From contig JBBRVC010000003.1 of the NCBI GenBank assembly GCA_038247205.1, positions 1-55,960 on the forward strand: a stretch of 55,960 nucleotides of DNA, written 5' to 3'. Below, in pieces: positions 36,492 through 47,340 of this stretch. A program made the position numbers and the translations under genes. The stretch is from Bacteroidales bacterium (lineage in GTDB: Bacteria; Bacteroidota; Bacteroidia; Bacteroidales; VadinHA17). The number at the start of each line of letters is the position of its first letter. The stretch's first letter is position 1. The notes beneath the pieces are model-generated. The model saw only the letters and a list, made by a program, of their open reading frames with translations. It was not told the origin of the DNA and made no database searches.

Positions 36492-38366
36492 ATGATAAGT
36501 TATCTTCAGGCAGAAAACATTTCTAGGAGAATTGGTGATCAGCTTCTCTTTAAAGATATAAATCTGAATATCAACAAGGATGATAAAGCTGCATTAATTG
36601 CAATAAATGGGGCTGGTAAATCCTCGATGCTTGATATTCTTACCGGGATTGAGAAAAGTGATGAAGGCTCTGTGACTTTTAAAAGAGGCCTTAAAATTGC
36701 ATACCTGAGACAATCACCTGAACTGAATGACTCAAACAAAATAATTGACGAACTTTTTTGTACTGATACTGACCAGGTAAGAGTTATCAGGGAATATGAA
36801 CAATGTATGATTTCAGGCACCCCCGCAATGCAACATGCAGCTATACAGCTGATGGACGATCACAAAGCATGGGAGTATGAGGTGGCAGTGAAACAGATTC
36901 TCTTCAAGCTTAAACTTACTGACCTTACAGCAACTATCGGAACCCTTTCAGGAGGACAGAAGAAACGAATCGCGCTTGCGAAAGTTCTTGTAGGAGATTC
37001 AGATATTCTGGTTCTTGATGAACCAACAAACCATCTTGATCTTGACATGATTGAATGGCTTGAAGAATACCTGATAAGTTCTTCCAAAAGCCTTTTGATG
37101 GTAACTCATGACAGGTATTTTCTTGACAGGGTCTGCAATGTAATATTTGAATTGTCGGGAAATGAATTATTCAGGTATGAAGGTAACTATGAATACTACC
37201 TGGAGAAAAAAGAGGACAGGGAATATTCTGTTAAATCAAATGCTGAGAAAGCACAGAACCTCCTTAAAACAGAGCTTGAATGGATGAGGAAAATGCCAAA
37301 AGCAAGACGGCATAAGGCCAAATCAAGGATTGAATCATTTTACGATCTTAAGCAAAAGGCGATACTCCGTCCGGATGATAAGTCCATTAATATAAATGTA
37401 AACATTGCAAGGATGGGCAAAAAAATCCTTGAAATTAAGAATATAGGCAAATCATATGGTGAAAAGGTATTGCTTAATGATTTTTCCTATCTCTTTAACC
37501 GGTATGAAAAGGTAGGGTTAATAGGCAGAAACGGAACTGGCAAGACAACCTTTCTTGATATTGTTACAGGACTAAAAGTCCCCGATAGCGGGACGGTAGA
37601 TAAAGGGGAAACAATAGTGTTCGGCTACTATCGGCAACAGGGAATTCAATTTGATGAGAATACGACGGTAATTGATATCGTAAAATCAATTGCCGAAAGA
37701 GTAACTGTAAGTGATGGAAGTATTCTGTCTGTTACTCAGTTCCTGAATTATTTCCTTTTCCCGCCTGAAAAACAATATACATTAATCAGAAAACTGTCAG
37801 GCGGAGAGAAAAGACGTCTTTATCTGCTTACTGTTCTTATGAAGAATCCAAATTTTCTTATTCTCGATGAACCGACCAATGATCTTGATATCCTTACACT
37901 TAACGTTCTCGAGGAGTATCTTGCAGGCTTCAGGGGATGTGTGATTATTGTTTCTCACGACAGGTATTTTATGGATAAGGTAGTTGACCATATTTTTGAA
38001 TTCCAGGGCGACGGTATTATAAAGGACTTTCCCGGAAATTATACTCAGCTTCGGGATAAACAGGAGGATGAAATCAGAGATGCATCGAATTTAAAATCAC
38101 AGAAGCCCCCTGTTCATAATATTACTGATAATCAGTCTGTTAAAAAGGAAAAGAAAACTGGTTTAAGCTATAAGGAGAAAAAGGAGTTTGAAAATCTGAG
38201 TGCTGAGATCAGGATTCTGGAAAAAGAAAAAAATCAGATTGAAGAGGAGATGAGCCGCGGTTCCCTGAGCGCACAGGAACTATATATTATGTCTAAAAAA
38301 CATGGAGACCTAGTTTCAGGTCTTGATGAAAAAGAAATGCGATGGCTTGAACTAAGCGAAAAATAA
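36492..38366 (+). CDS. ABC-F family ATPase (Uup-like)
   Basis: Two NBDs (NGAGKS/LSGGQ/LDEPTNHLD; GRNGTGKT/LSGGE/LDEPTNDLD), no TM, C-terminal coiled coil ending RWLELSE. Confidence 0.92.
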   Translation: MISYLQAENISRRIGDQLLFKDINLNINKDDKAALIAINGAGKSSMLDILTGIEKSDEGSVTFKRGLKIAYLRQSPELNDSNKIIDELFCTDTDQVRVIREYEQCMISGTPAMQHAAIQLMDDHKAWEYEVAVKQILFKLKLTDLTATIGTLSGGQKKRIALAKVLVGDSDILVLDEPTNHLDLDMIEWLEEYLISSSKSLLMVTHDRYFLDRVCNVIFELSGNELFRYEGNYEYYLEKKEDREYSVKSNAEKAQNLLKTELEWMRKMPKARRHKAKSRIESFYDLKQKAILRPDDKSININVNIARMGKKILEIKNIGKSYGEKVLLNDFSYLFNRYEKVGLIGRNGTGKTTFLDIVTGLKVPDSGTVDKGETIVFGYYRQQGIQFDENTTVIDIVKSIAERVTVSDGSILSVTQFLNYFLFPPEKQYTLIRKLSGGEKRRLYLLTVLMKNPNFLILDEPTNDLDILTLNVLEEYLAGFRGCVIIVSHDRYFMDKVVDHIFEFQGDGIIKDFPGNYTQLRDKQEDEIRDASNLKSQKPPVHNITDNQSVKKEKKTGLSYKEKKEFENLSAEIRILEKEKNQIEEEMSRGSLSAQELYIMSKKHGDLVSGLDEKEMRWLELSEK

Positions 38367-38432
38367 CAGTCATTCATATTATTATATAGATTGATACGAA
38401 GGATTTTATATTTTTATGCAATAATCGAATAA

Positions 38433-39473
38433 TTGGAAAAAATAACTGTAACCACACCACATTTCCGATCAGTAGTACTGGTTGGAGAAAATTGGGAGAA
38501 CACCGGTGCATTGCTTCCCGATAGAGGAGTTGTAATCATTACCGATGATAATGTGTTAAATATATATGGAAACAGGTTTCCCCGGTTTCCTGTGTTCTCC
38601 ATCACTCCGGGAGAAGTAAGCAAAAAACTTGAAGTGATAGGCCGGCTCTCAGAAAAACTTTTGGAATCGGGACTTGACCGTTCCGGATTTGTTCTGGCAA
38701 TTGGGGGAGGGGTCGTTTGTGATATCGCAGGTTTTCTTGCCTCAGTCTATATGCGGGGAATAAGGTGTGGATACATATCAACAACACTACTCTCACAGGT
38801 TGATGCCAGTATAGGTGGAAAAAACGGTGTCAATCTTGGAGATTCGAAAAATATCCTGGGTACTATCACACAACCTGAGTTTGTGGTATGTGATCCTTCC
38901 TTTTTTCTTACTTTGCCATACAGAGAATATCTGTCGGGACTTGCTGAAGTTATAAAGACAGCAATAATTGGCGATAAGTCACTATTCGGGTTTATTGAAC
39001 GAAATGTTGAAAAAATTAAAAACAGAGACAGTGAAGTCTTAACCGAACTGGTGGCTGAATCAGTCAGGTTCAAGGCCATGGTGGTATCTGAAGATGAAAG
39101 GGAAACAGGAATTAGAAAGATTCTTAATTTCGGTCATACATTCGGACATGCAATAGAGATGTTTAGTTCTGTTAATCATGGGTTTGCAGTTGCCTCAGGA
39201 ATGGAGCTTGCAGCCTGGTATTCTTTTTCAAGGGGAATGATCAGTAAAGAAGAGACCGGCCGGATTATTGATATCCTGCAAAGGTTTGAACTGCTCGAAA
39301 CCAATAAACTTCCTGCAAATCAAATAGATTACTATATGCTTCACGATAAGAAAAAAACAGGGACTGATATTCACTTCATTTTTACAGAAGGAATTGGAAA
39401 AGCTGTTGCAGAAAAAATGCAAGTGAGCGAAGTAGTCGAATTTTATAAAAGTTTTAAAAAAGATAGTTTATGA
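38433..39473 (+). CDS. aroB: 3-dehydroquinate synthase
   Basis: GGGVVCDIAGF, TTLLSQVDASIGGKNG, GLAEVIK, LNFGHTFGHAIE, DKK; TTG start directly after an in-frame TAA. Confidence 0.94.
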   Translation: MEKITVTTPHFRSVVLVGENWENTGALLPDRGVVIITDDNVLNIYGNRFPRFPVFSITPGEVSKKLEVIGRLSEKLLESGLDRSGFVLAIGGGVVCDIAGFLASVYMRGIRCGYISTTLLSQVDASIGGKNGVNLGDSKNILGTITQPEFVVCDPSFFLTLPYREYLSGLAEVIKTAIIGDKSLFGFIERNVEKIKNRDSEVLTELVAESVRFKAMVVSEDERETGIRKILNFGHTFGHAIEMFSSVNHGFAVASGMELAAWYSFSRGMISKEETGRIIDILQRFELLETNKLPANQIDYYMLHDKKKTGTDIHFIFTEGIGKAVAEKMQVSEVVEFYKSFKKDSL

Positions 39474-40459
39474 ATTCTTTTGGTGTTGTATTCAGGGTGT
39501 CTCTTTTTGGGGAGTCGCATGGTCAGGCGATTGGAGTGATTATTGACGGTTGCCCGCCAGGCATATCTGTTAAGCCTGACGACTTTCTGGCTGACCTGAC
39601 CAGACGTCAGAGTGGGAGTAGAGGAACAACAAAACGACAGGAGCCTGATATCCCGGAAATTGTCAGCGGGCTTTTTAATTATCTAACAACCGGTGCTCCG
39701 ATAACCATCATAACCAGGAACAAGGATAAGATTTCAACCGACTATGATGAGTTCAGGAATGTTCCAAGGCCGGGACATGCAGATTACGTTGCCGGGATAA
39801 AACATTCCGGTTTTGCTGATATGAGGGGAAGCGGTCATTTTTCAGGCAGAATAACATGGGGTTTGGTAGCAGCTGGTGTTATTGCCAAAAAAATCTCTGC
39901 CGCCTCAAAAATTTCAGCAAGACTAATCTCTGCAGGCGGTTCACAAGACATTGAAAAAGCTTTGGATGAGGCAATTGCAAAGAATGATACTATCGGAGGC
40001 ATTGTAGAGTGCCGGATTTCAAATCCACCGGCCGGTATAGGTGAACCATTCTTCTATTCTTTTGAATCGGCATTAAGTCATATCATTTTCTCAATTCCTG
40101 CAATAAAGGGAATTGAATTCGGTGCAGGTTTTGCTGCCGCAGCAATGACAGGATCGCAACATAATGATCCATTCATCGATAGCAAGGGAAATACTGCAAG
40201 CAATAATGCGGGTGGAATAAACGGTGGAATAACTAATGGTAACGAAATCATTTTCAGGTCAGTTGTTAAGCCTACTTCCTCAACCGGCGTTGAACAGGAA
40301 ACGTTCGATTTCAGGAAGAATGAAATGACTGTTCTTAAAGTAAAAGGACGCCATGACACCTGCATTGCTTTAAGAATGCCAGTAATTATTGAGGCTGCTG
40401 CAGCAATAGTTATGGCTGATCTTACTATTATTGACAAGGGAATTTATGGGAAAAGGTGA
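39470..40459 (+). CDS. aroC: Chorismate synthase
   Basis: FGESHG, PRPGHAD, SIPAIKGIEFG, NNAGGINGGITNG, KPTSS, GRHD.C; ATGA overlap with aroB. Confidence 0.95.
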   Translation: MNSFGVVFRVSLFGESHGQAIGVIIDGCPPGISVKPDDFLADLTRRQSGSRGTTKRQEPDIPEIVSGLFNYLTTGAPITIITRNKDKISTDYDEFRNVPRPGHADYVAGIKHSGFADMRGSGHFSGRITWGLVAAGVIAKKISAASKISARLISAGGSQDIEKALDEAIAKNDTIGGIVECRISNPPAGIGEPFFYSFESALSHIIFSIPAIKGIEFGAGFAAAAMTGSQHNDPFIDSKGNTASNNAGGINGGITNGNEIIFRSVVKPTSSTGVEQETFDFRKNEMTVLKVKGRHDTCIALRMPVIIEAAAAIVMADLTIIDKGIYGKR

Positions 40460-40482
40460 ATTAAAAACAGCGGGGCCTATCG

Positions 40483-40506
40483 TAACATTGTCATGCCCTG
40501 ATTGTT
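40483..40506 (+). promoter_or_regulatory. TAACATT-N10-GATTGTT element upstream of nhaA
   Basis: Same flanks and spacing as 1966-1989; 32 nt upstream of ATG 40539. Confidence 0.45.
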
Positions 40507-40538
40507 GAATTATGTAGGATGATAATCATATAAGGAAG

Positions 40539-41681
40539 ATGATAATTACTCAGCTGTACAGAGAATTTTACAGGAGTGAAAAGTCGGGAGGACTTTTATT
40601 GATCCTCTGCACCATCATTTCTCTCGTCATTGCAAACACAAATTTACAGGCTTCCTATATAAATTTCTGGCATTCAGGGATTGGAGAGATGAGAATCGAG
40701 CAATGGATCAACGACGGACTGATGGCTGTTTTTTTTCTTTTGATCGGTCTTGAGCTTGAAAGAGAAATTTATGTTGGCGAACTTTCTGAAATAAGAAACG
40801 CTATCTTGCCTGTTTCAGCGGCAATTGGCGGAATGGTGGTTCCTGCCGGAATATTTCTGTTGTTTAACTTCGGTACGGGGACTCAGTCCGGAGTGGGCAT
40901 TCCAACCGCAACTGATATCGCATTTTCACTCGGAATTTTGTCTCTCCTGGGCAAAAAGGTACCAATCTCGCTAAAAATTTTTTTAACAGCTCTGGCTGTT
41001 GTTGATGATCTCGGGGCAATTATAATAATAGCTCTGTTCTACACAGGAACCCTAATGTGGACAAATCTCCTGATCTCGTTAATGATTTTTTTTGGTTTGC
41101 TGGTTATTAAACGCTTCAGAGTCAATAATCTGATCCCATATATTCTGGGAGGTATAGCTATGTGGTATTTTATGCTTCATTCAGGTATTCATCCTACAAT
41201 TACCGGTGTTCTTCTTGCATTTGCAATTCCTTTTGGCACAGGAGATCAATTATCACCTTCGTACAGGCTTCAGCATATGTTACACAAACCGGTTGCATTT
41301 CTGGTGCTGCCTCTTTTTGCTCTGGCGAACACAGCCATAATATTTGGAAATAACTGGGATGCTTTTACTGAGCCTTATGGATTGGGAGTTATGGGCGGAT
41401 TGATTATCGGTAAACCTCTGGGTATTACCCTGTTTAGTTTGGCAGCAGTCTTAACTGGCCTATGCTCAATGCCTGGCGAGTTAAATTGGAAACACATAAT
41501 CGGAGCAGGATTTTTAGCCGGGATAGGCTTTACTATGTCAATTTTTATAACACTTCTTGCTTTTGATGACCCATTTATAATCAATAATACAAAGGCAGTT
41601 ATTTTAGGTGCATCGGCAATAGCCGGTGTAACCGGATTTCTGATTCTAAAAAGAACATTAAAAGAAGAGCAGGAGCAATAA
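40539..41681 (+). CDS. nhaA: Na+/H+ antiporter NhaA
   Basis: WINDGLMAVFF, ATDIAF, LAVVDDLGAI, GKPLGI, LAGIGFTMSIFI. Confidence 0.95.
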   Translation: MIITQLYREFYRSEKSGGLLLILCTIISLVIANTNLQASYINFWHSGIGEMRIEQWINDGLMAVFFLLIGLELEREIYVGELSEIRNAILPVSAAIGGMVVPAGIFLLFNFGTGTQSGVGIPTATDIAFSLGILSLLGKKVPISLKIFLTALAVVDDLGAIIIIALFYTGTLMWTNLLISLMIFFGLLVIKRFRVNNLIPYILGGIAMWYFMLHSGIHPTITGVLLAFAIPFGTGDQLSPSYRLQHMLHKPVAFLVLPLFALANTAIIFGNNWDAFTEPYGLGVMGGLIIGKPLGITLFSLAAVLTGLCSMPGELNWKHIIGAGFLAGIGFTMSIFITLLAFDDPFIINNTKAVILGASAIAGVTGFLILKRTLKEEQEQ

Positions 41682-41693
41682 TCTTTAGAGTTG

Positions 41694-43028
41694 TCAGGTT
41701 TCAAGAATTAAAATTAGTCTGGTAAACTCAGTTATCTTGTATCGTTCATCAATTCTCTCTCCGATTATCCATGCTATTTCTCCTTCAGATTCAACAACAA
41801 GTGCTTTTTCTTTTTCGGACGGCGTGAATTTTTTATCAATAAAATAGTCGCTGAGCTTTTTCTTGCTGGTCATACCCAGAGGGTAGAAATAATCTCCGGG
41901 CCGCCATCTCCTTATAGTCAGAGGAAAAACTATTTTTTCACCGTCAAGACAAGCAATATCAGATCTGGAGGGAATGGAATAATCAGGACTAACATTTATA
42001 TAGCGGGCTGTTCTGATAACCGGATTATTAAGGAGATCTTCAATCTTCCCGATTTCCAGTTGAGGAGTAACATCCACCGAAAGAGGAGATATGATGAGAT
42101 GGGTCCGGCTTTTTATAATTCTGTTTGAGGTTGTAAATATTTTACCACCGGATCTTCCGGTTATAACATTTTTAAGATCTTTTAATAATAGTCCTGACAA
42201 ACCATAAACCTTAAAAAGTTCATATAGAATTGTACTGTTGTTAAGGTATGCTTTTAGATAAGCTATATTATATATCGTATCTGAGCCCTTAATTTCTGAT
42301 ATCCTGCCTCTGATATCATTAATATAATCTGATACAATTTCATTCACTTCTGCCAGTCTTTCAGATGTTTCTGTTAAGGTTGATTCAACCGACGGATTTA
42401 TCTCCTTTAGTAATGGTACAATAAGGTGTCTGATTTTGTTTCTGGTGTAATTAGTTTCAGCATTAGACCTGTCTTCACGAAAGTTTACTTTGTACTCTAT
42501 ACTATACTGAACAATGTCCTGTCGTGGAGCAAAAAGCAATGGACGGATAATTTTGTTTTGAACCGATTTGATTCCACCCAATCCATTTATTCCGGTTCCC
42601 CTGATCAGATTAATAAGTAAGGTTTCAATGCTGTCATTAAGGTTATGAGCAACAGAAATGAAATCAAATTTATTTTCTCTCCTTATTTCTTCAAACCAGT
42701 TATATCTTAATTCCCTGGCTGTCATCTGGATTGATAATCCTGATTGATCCGCAATGGATTTAGTATCAAACTTTTTTGTGAAGAACTGTATTTTATGTTC
42801 GTCAGCATATTTTTGTACAAATTCCTCATCTTTATCAGATTCGTCTCCCCGCAGCGAAAAATTGCAATGAGCTATTCCTATTTTGATTCCGTTATCAATA
42901 AACAGACTTGTCATTACCATGGAGTCAATGCCTCCACTAACAGCTAGAAGGATTTTTCCTTCAGGGTTCAATGATACATTCTCCCTGATAAATTTATTAA
43001 AATCTTTACGAATAATTCTTTTAGTCAT
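41694..43028 (-). CDS. tilS: tRNA(Ile)-lysidine synthetase
   Basis: PP-loop AVSGGIDS, AHCNF.LRG, ARELRY, AHNLND, IIRPLL, EDRSN, RNKIR; C-terminal domain GDYFYPLGM. Confidence 0.95.
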   Translation of the reverse strand: MTKRIIRKDFNKFIRENVSLNPEGKILLAVSGGIDSMVMTSLFIDNGIKIGIAHCNFSLRGDESDKDEEFVQKYADEHKIQFFTKKFDTKSIADQSGLSIQMTARELRYNWFEEIRRENKFDFISVAHNLNDSIETLLINLIRGTGINGLGGIKSVQNKIIRPLLFAPRQDIVQYSIEYKVNFREDRSNAETNYTRNKIRHLIVPLLKEINPSVESTLTETSERLAEVNEIVSDYINDIRGRISEIKGSDTIYNIAYLKAYLNNSTILYELFKVYGLSGLLLKDLKNVITGRSGGKIFTTSNRIIKSRTHLIISPLSVDVTPQLEIGKIEDLLNNPVIRTARYINVSPDYSIPSRSDIACLDGEKIVFPLTIRRWRPGDYFYPLGMTSKKKLSDYFIDKKFTPSEKEKALVVESEGEIAWIIGERIDERYKITEFTRLILILET

Positions 43029-44951
43029 TTATCTGTATGGAATAATTGTGGGTAGCCCGGGGTCAAAGGTATTTGGTCTGAGAAGTTGTTCTCCTGAAAA
43101 AAGAAGATTGGTTACTCTCGAATATGCAGGAAGATTGGGGAAGAAGCCCAGGCGTATCTGGAACGTATTGACCACTAGGTTATTATTTCGAATTCTTATA
43201 CCCAGTCCGATTCCGGAGAGAACACTTCCATCCTTAATTACCAGCCTGGTTCCTTCAAGGAACGATGCATCAGCGAATGCGAAAAATGCAAACCGGAAAC
43301 CATAATAAGAGTAAGGACTGAAAAGAACCGATTCAAGACTTAGAGTAATTCTTTGGGCTCCGTTAACAGTATCATTCCGGAAGCCCGACAAGCCATTTTC
43401 ATGCAGGTAAGTTATACTTTCAGCAGAATATCGGGAGAAACCTCTGGTGTAATTGATACTAAAGAAATTTCTTATCATGTGGTCTCTCACCATAATAAGA
43501 TTTGAAAAATACTTCATTCCAAAGTTCAGAACACCCTGCTCACTTTTTCTTTTGTTAAGAAATGCTGCCAATCCGACATATGTATAGAAATATCCCAGGT
43601 CTTTACTAGACTCTCCAACTGAAGCGTCTATGCCAACATATGTTCTCTTATTAAATTCATTAACTTCACTTCCCAAGGTCATTCTTATCAATCCTCCATA
43701 TGGAATATCCTCAGTTCGGCCATAGCTGTAAATCATGTTTGTTTTATAATACTTCTGAATTGAATAAGTAGCAGACCCAAGAAAAATTCTGTACTTCTGA
43801 AGATCATAATAGGAAAAGGGAAGTATAAAGGGGCGGTCGAGTACGTTATTATTTTTATAACGGGCTCCGAAAATAATTCTGGAAACTGATTCCTTATTTA
43901 TAAGAAATGATCTCATCAGCCAGTAATCCTGAAGGTTATATCTGAGTGGCTCCGCCACGACCAGAGAATCAAGGTCTTCTGTAGTTGACACATGTCTGAC
44001 TGAGATTCCTCCTGCATATTTTGTAGTTGCGCTTATAAGATCCCGGCTTAAACGAAATCCATAGTGTGTCTCTTCATGTGTTTTTAAATAATCCAGTTTA
44101 AGATCAAAAAAACTTTTCCTCACATTGTTAATAGAATAATTAAGTCCGAGACCCAACGATTCATCAACTTTAAAGTCGTAAGGTATCTGAAGGCCCAGAC
44201 CATGGCCCATTCCCATAACATTCTTCTCAAAAAAATTAAGACTTCCGTTGCTTATTCCCCTGTAATCAAATTCTGCTCCCAGCGAGTAAACATCTTTTGT
44301 AATAACCACAATATCAGCTTCTTCATTTGAAACAGGGACTACAATAATCCTGGCGTCGGATATAAAGTTCAGTTGCCTCAGTATCCTTTCATTGTCGCTG
44401 AATATAAGGGGTGAAATCGATTCACCTTCAGAGAAAAGTAGATTTTTCCTGATAATATTCTCGTTAGTCTTGATATGGGTTTTATTAAGAAGGGTTTCTA
44501 TCGCATTCGGGTCATAATACAGTGGGATATTAATATCAGTTCCGAAAGCTTCGAGTCTTATTATTTCGATTTTTCTGATCTTTTTCCCTGTGTGGAGAAG
44601 AAAACCAATATCGCTGGTTCCTGTGAACTGAACTTTATTAATGGGTTTCGCTGAAACAACTATAAAATCATATAGTTTTTTCATGATCAGGCTCCGGGAA
44701 GCTTTTACCTTGAGAGAATCAAGCAGCAGTACTGTTTTATCCTTTGATATTCTTGGAGGTCTTAGCGAAGTAAGTTCGTTATTGATTGTATCTCCTGTTA
44801 AAATGGGGATGCTATCCCTGATAGGCCCCAATTCAGGAATGGTATCCCTCAGATTTAAAGTTTGTGAATAATTTGTGCCAGATATAAAAAGAAGAACCGT
44901 TATAATCCATAAACGGTAATCTCTTCTGTATTTATATTGATGGTTGCACAT
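43029..44951 (-). CDS. Omp85/TamA-like outer membrane protein with POTRA-like domain
   Basis: Signal peptide; POTRA-like HIKTNENIIRKNLLFSEGE...NERILRQLNFISDARI; amphipathic beta-strands; GIGLGIRI near C-terminus. Confidence 0.7.
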   Translation of the reverse strand: MCNHQYKYRRDYRLWIITVLLFISGTNYSQTLNLRDTIPELGPIRDSIPILTGDTINNELTSLRPPRISKDKTVLLLDSLKVKASRSLIMKKLYDFIVVSAKPINKVQFTGTSDIGFLLHTGKKIRKIEIIRLEAFGTDINIPLYYDPNAIETLLNKTHIKTNENIIRKNLLFSEGESISPLIFSDNERILRQLNFISDARIIVVPVSNEEADIVVITKDVYSLGAEFDYRGISNGSLNFFEKNVMGMGHGLGLQIPYDFKVDESLGLGLNYSINNVRKSFFDLKLDYLKTHEETHYGFRLSRDLISATTKYAGGISVRHVSTTEDLDSLVVAEPLRYNLQDYWLMRSFLINKESVSRIIFGARYKNNNVLDRPFILPFSYYDLQKYRIFLGSATYSIQKYYKTNMIYSYGRTEDIPYGGLIRMTLGSEVNEFNKRTYVGIDASVGESSKDLGYFYTYVGLAAFLNKRKSEQGVLNFGMKYFSNLIMVRDHMIRNFFSINYTRGFSRYSAESITYLHENGLSGFRNDTVNGAQRITLSLESVLFSPYSYYGFRFAFFAFADASFLEGTRLVIKDGSVLSGIGLGIRIRNNNLVVNTFQIRLGFFPNLPAYSRVTNLLFSGEQLLRPNTFDPGLPTIIPYR

Positions 44952-45661
44952 CAGGTTTTATTAGGTAGGGTGGTTAAAACATCATCTGAATTAAACTGAA
45001 ACCCAAGCCGCTTACCGGTAATCATTCTTGAATGCTGTATCTTTGCTTCCGCCTGTCCGACTGTAGCTATTTTAATTGTATCGTATGGAGGCACCAACAG
45101 ATCAAATTCCATTGAATACTGGATTGCAGTTGTGATTATAAGCTGAAGAGCATGCTTGCTTATCGGTTCATTTCCATAATTTGTAAAAAGCATTCCCATC
45201 TGTCTCTTTCCTTCTACAAAATACTGATTTTCATGATTTATGAAAACCCTTGCAATAAGATACCCGAGGTCATCTAGACGAGAATATTTAAATGAATCTG
45301 CAAGAAAGTTATAAATATTAATTACTCCGGAATAAGCATTATACTTATTTTTCTGAATATAGGGAGTCTTCCAGGCCTGGTGATCCCTGTCAAACTGAAA
45401 AATATTGGAATGCATGCTGAAAAGAAGAATATCTCCTGCAACCTTAAGCTGGGCATCAAAATTACTCCTGTCAGAATACTCCAGTTTAATTCTTGCATCG
45501 ACTCCTCCAAGACTGGTATTGATGTCTTTTGATAAACTTTTTAATATGTCCTTTACCATAATAAAGGATTCCAAAGTATTATCAAAAACCTTTTGTTTTA
45601 ATAGGGATTTCTCCTTAAGAGTTCCGATTATAGCCTGTTTTTTTTCTTCTGTATCCGACAT
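44951..45661 (-). CDS. Conserved hypothetical cytoplasmic protein
   Basis: 236-aa ORF; GDILLFSMHSNIFQF, IYNFLADSFKY, FVEGKRQ, TGKRLGF; TGATG-coupled to the downstream gene. Confidence 0.8.
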   Translation of the reverse strand: MSDTEEKKQAIIGTLKEKSLLKQKVFDNTLESFIMVKDILKSLSKDINTSLGGVDARIKLEYSDRSNFDAQLKVAGDILLFSMHSNIFQFDRDHQAWKTPYIQKNKYNAYSGVINIYNFLADSFKYSRLDDLGYLIARVFINHENQYFVEGKRQMGMLFTNYGNEPISKHALQLIITTAIQYSMEFDLLVPPYDTIKIATVGQAEAKIQHSRMITGKRLGFQFNSDDVLTTLPNKT

Positions 45662-45721
45662 TCTTCAGAGATTTTTTCATGGAATTTTGCGCAACTAAAT
45701 TAATAACTTTTCATGATAAAT

Positions 45722-45749
45722 AAAAAAGGGGCTTCCGTTGCCCCTTTTT
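45722..45749 (-). terminator. Intrinsic terminator after proS
   Basis: AAAAAAGGGGC-TTCCGTT-GCCCCTTTTT hairpin with A/T tracts on both sides. Confidence 0.8.
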
Positions 45750-45768
45750 ATTATTATCTAAAAAATCA

Positions 45769-47244
45769 TTAGTAAGACCTCGCAAAAAGAACTCTTCTTC
45801 CGGAAGGCTTGCCTGAATAGACACACTTTCCTGCCTCGTCAGGAGTTTCAAATGGTATGCATCTGATAGTTGCTTTGGTCTCTACCTTGATCTTTTCCTC
45901 AGTTTCAGATGTGCCGTCCCAATGAGCCATTATAAAGCCGCCCTTATTATCGAGAACTTCATTAAACTCAGTCCAGGTATTTACGTAATGGGTGTTCTCC
46001 TTTCTGAAATTGAAAGCTTTGTTGTAAATATTTTTTTGAATTTCATCCAACAGCCCCGGAATATGACCGACAAGCTTATCAATTGAAATTGTTTCTTTCG
46101 AAAGGGTATCCCTGCGGGCTACCTCGATAGTTTTATTTTCAAGATCCCTTGGACCGATAGCAAGACGAACAGGTACTCCCTTGAGCTCATAATCAGCAAA
46201 TTTCCAACCGGGTGTATTATTGTCGCGATTATCGTACTTAACTGATAATCCGAGCTTTTCAAGGTCTTTCTTGATTTTTTCAGAGGTCTCATTCAGTTTC
46301 TCCAACTGTTCCGAGGTTTTATAAATCGGAACAATAACAACCTGTATAGGAGCAAGTTTAGGAGGTAATACCAATCCTTTATTGTCAGAATGGGCCATTA
46401 TTAATGCACCTATCATTCTTGTTGAAAGACCCCATGATGTTGCCCAGACATAGTCAAGTTTACCGGTTTTGTCAGTGAACTGTACATCAAAAGCTTTAGC
46501 AAAGTTTTGTCCAAGGAAATGGCTTGTGCCTGCCTGCAGAGCTTTTCCATCCTGCATCAGAGCCTCAATAGCATAAGTATCGATTGCACCTGCAAACCTT
46601 TCATTCGCACTCTTATATCCCTTAATTACAGGCAATGCCATTGAGTTTTCAGCAAACTCAGCATAAACATTGATCATTTTCTCAGTCTCTTCAATAGCTT
46701 CTTCCTTAGTGGCATGTGCTGTATGTCCTTCCTGCCATAGAAATTCAGCAGTTCGCAGAAATAATCTTGTACGCATTTCCCACCTTACAACATTTGCCCA
46801 CTGATTGATAAGTATCGGAAGATCACGGTATGACTGAATCCAATTTTTATAAGAATGCCATATGATAGTTTCAGATGTGGGTCGGATTATAAGCTCTTCT
46901 TCAAGTTTGGCATCCGGATCAACTATAATCCCTTTCCCGTTTTCATCATTTTTAAGCCGGTAATGAGTTACAACTGCACATTCTTTTGCGAAACCTTCAA
47001 CATGAGAGGCCTCTTTGGTAAAGAAAGATTTCGGAATAAACAATGGAAAATATGCATTAACATGCCCGGTTGCCTTAAACATCCTGTCGAGTTCAGCCTG
47101 AATCTTCTCCCATATTGCATATCCGTATGGTTTAATAATCATGCACCCCCTTACAGCTGAGTTCTCAGCCAGATCAGCTTTAATGACCAGATCGTTATAC
47201 CATTGGGAATAATTATCTTCCATGTTTGTTAAAAACTTCGCCAT
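45769..47244 (-). CDS. proS: Proline--tRNA ligase (archaeal/eukaryote-type)
   Basis: [60 protein letters not shown]-terminal FARSY. Confidence 0.97.
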   Translation of the reverse strand: MAKFLTNMEDNYSQWYNDLVIKADLAENSAVRGCMIIKPYGYAIWEKIQAELDRMFKATGHVNAYFPLFIPKSFFTKEASHVEGFAKECAVVTHYRLKNDENGKGIIVDPDAKLEEELIIRPTSETIIWHSYKNWIQSYRDLPILINQWANVVRWEMRTRLFLRTAEFLWQEGHTAHATKEEAIEETEKMINVYAEFAENSMALPVIKGYKSANERFAGAIDTYAIEALMQDGKALQAGTSHFLGQNFAKAFDVQFTDKTGKLDYVWATSWGLSTRMIGALIMAHSDNKGLVLPPKLAPIQVVIVPIYKTSEQLEKLNETSEKIKKDLEKLGLSVKYDNRDNNTPGWKFADYELKGVPVRLAIGPRDLENKTIEVARRDTLSKETISIDKLVGHIPGLLDEIQKNIYNKAFNFRKENTHYVNTWTEFNEVLDNKGGFIMAHWDGTSETEEKIKVETKATIRCIPFETPDEAGKCVYSGKPSGRRVLFARSY

Positions 47245-47248
47245 TTTT

Positions 47249-47264
47249 TTGGTATGGTATTTGT
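47249..47264 (+). promoter_or_regulatory. Putative sigma-54-like element TTGGTATGGTATTTGT
   Basis: GG-N10-GT, 76 nt upstream of ATG 47341. Confidence 0.4.
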
Positions 47265-47340
47265 TTTATTACTTTTAATAAAATAGATTGCGTAAAAATA
47301 GACAAAAACTTCAGTTCTTAAAAAAAAAGGGAGGTTCATC

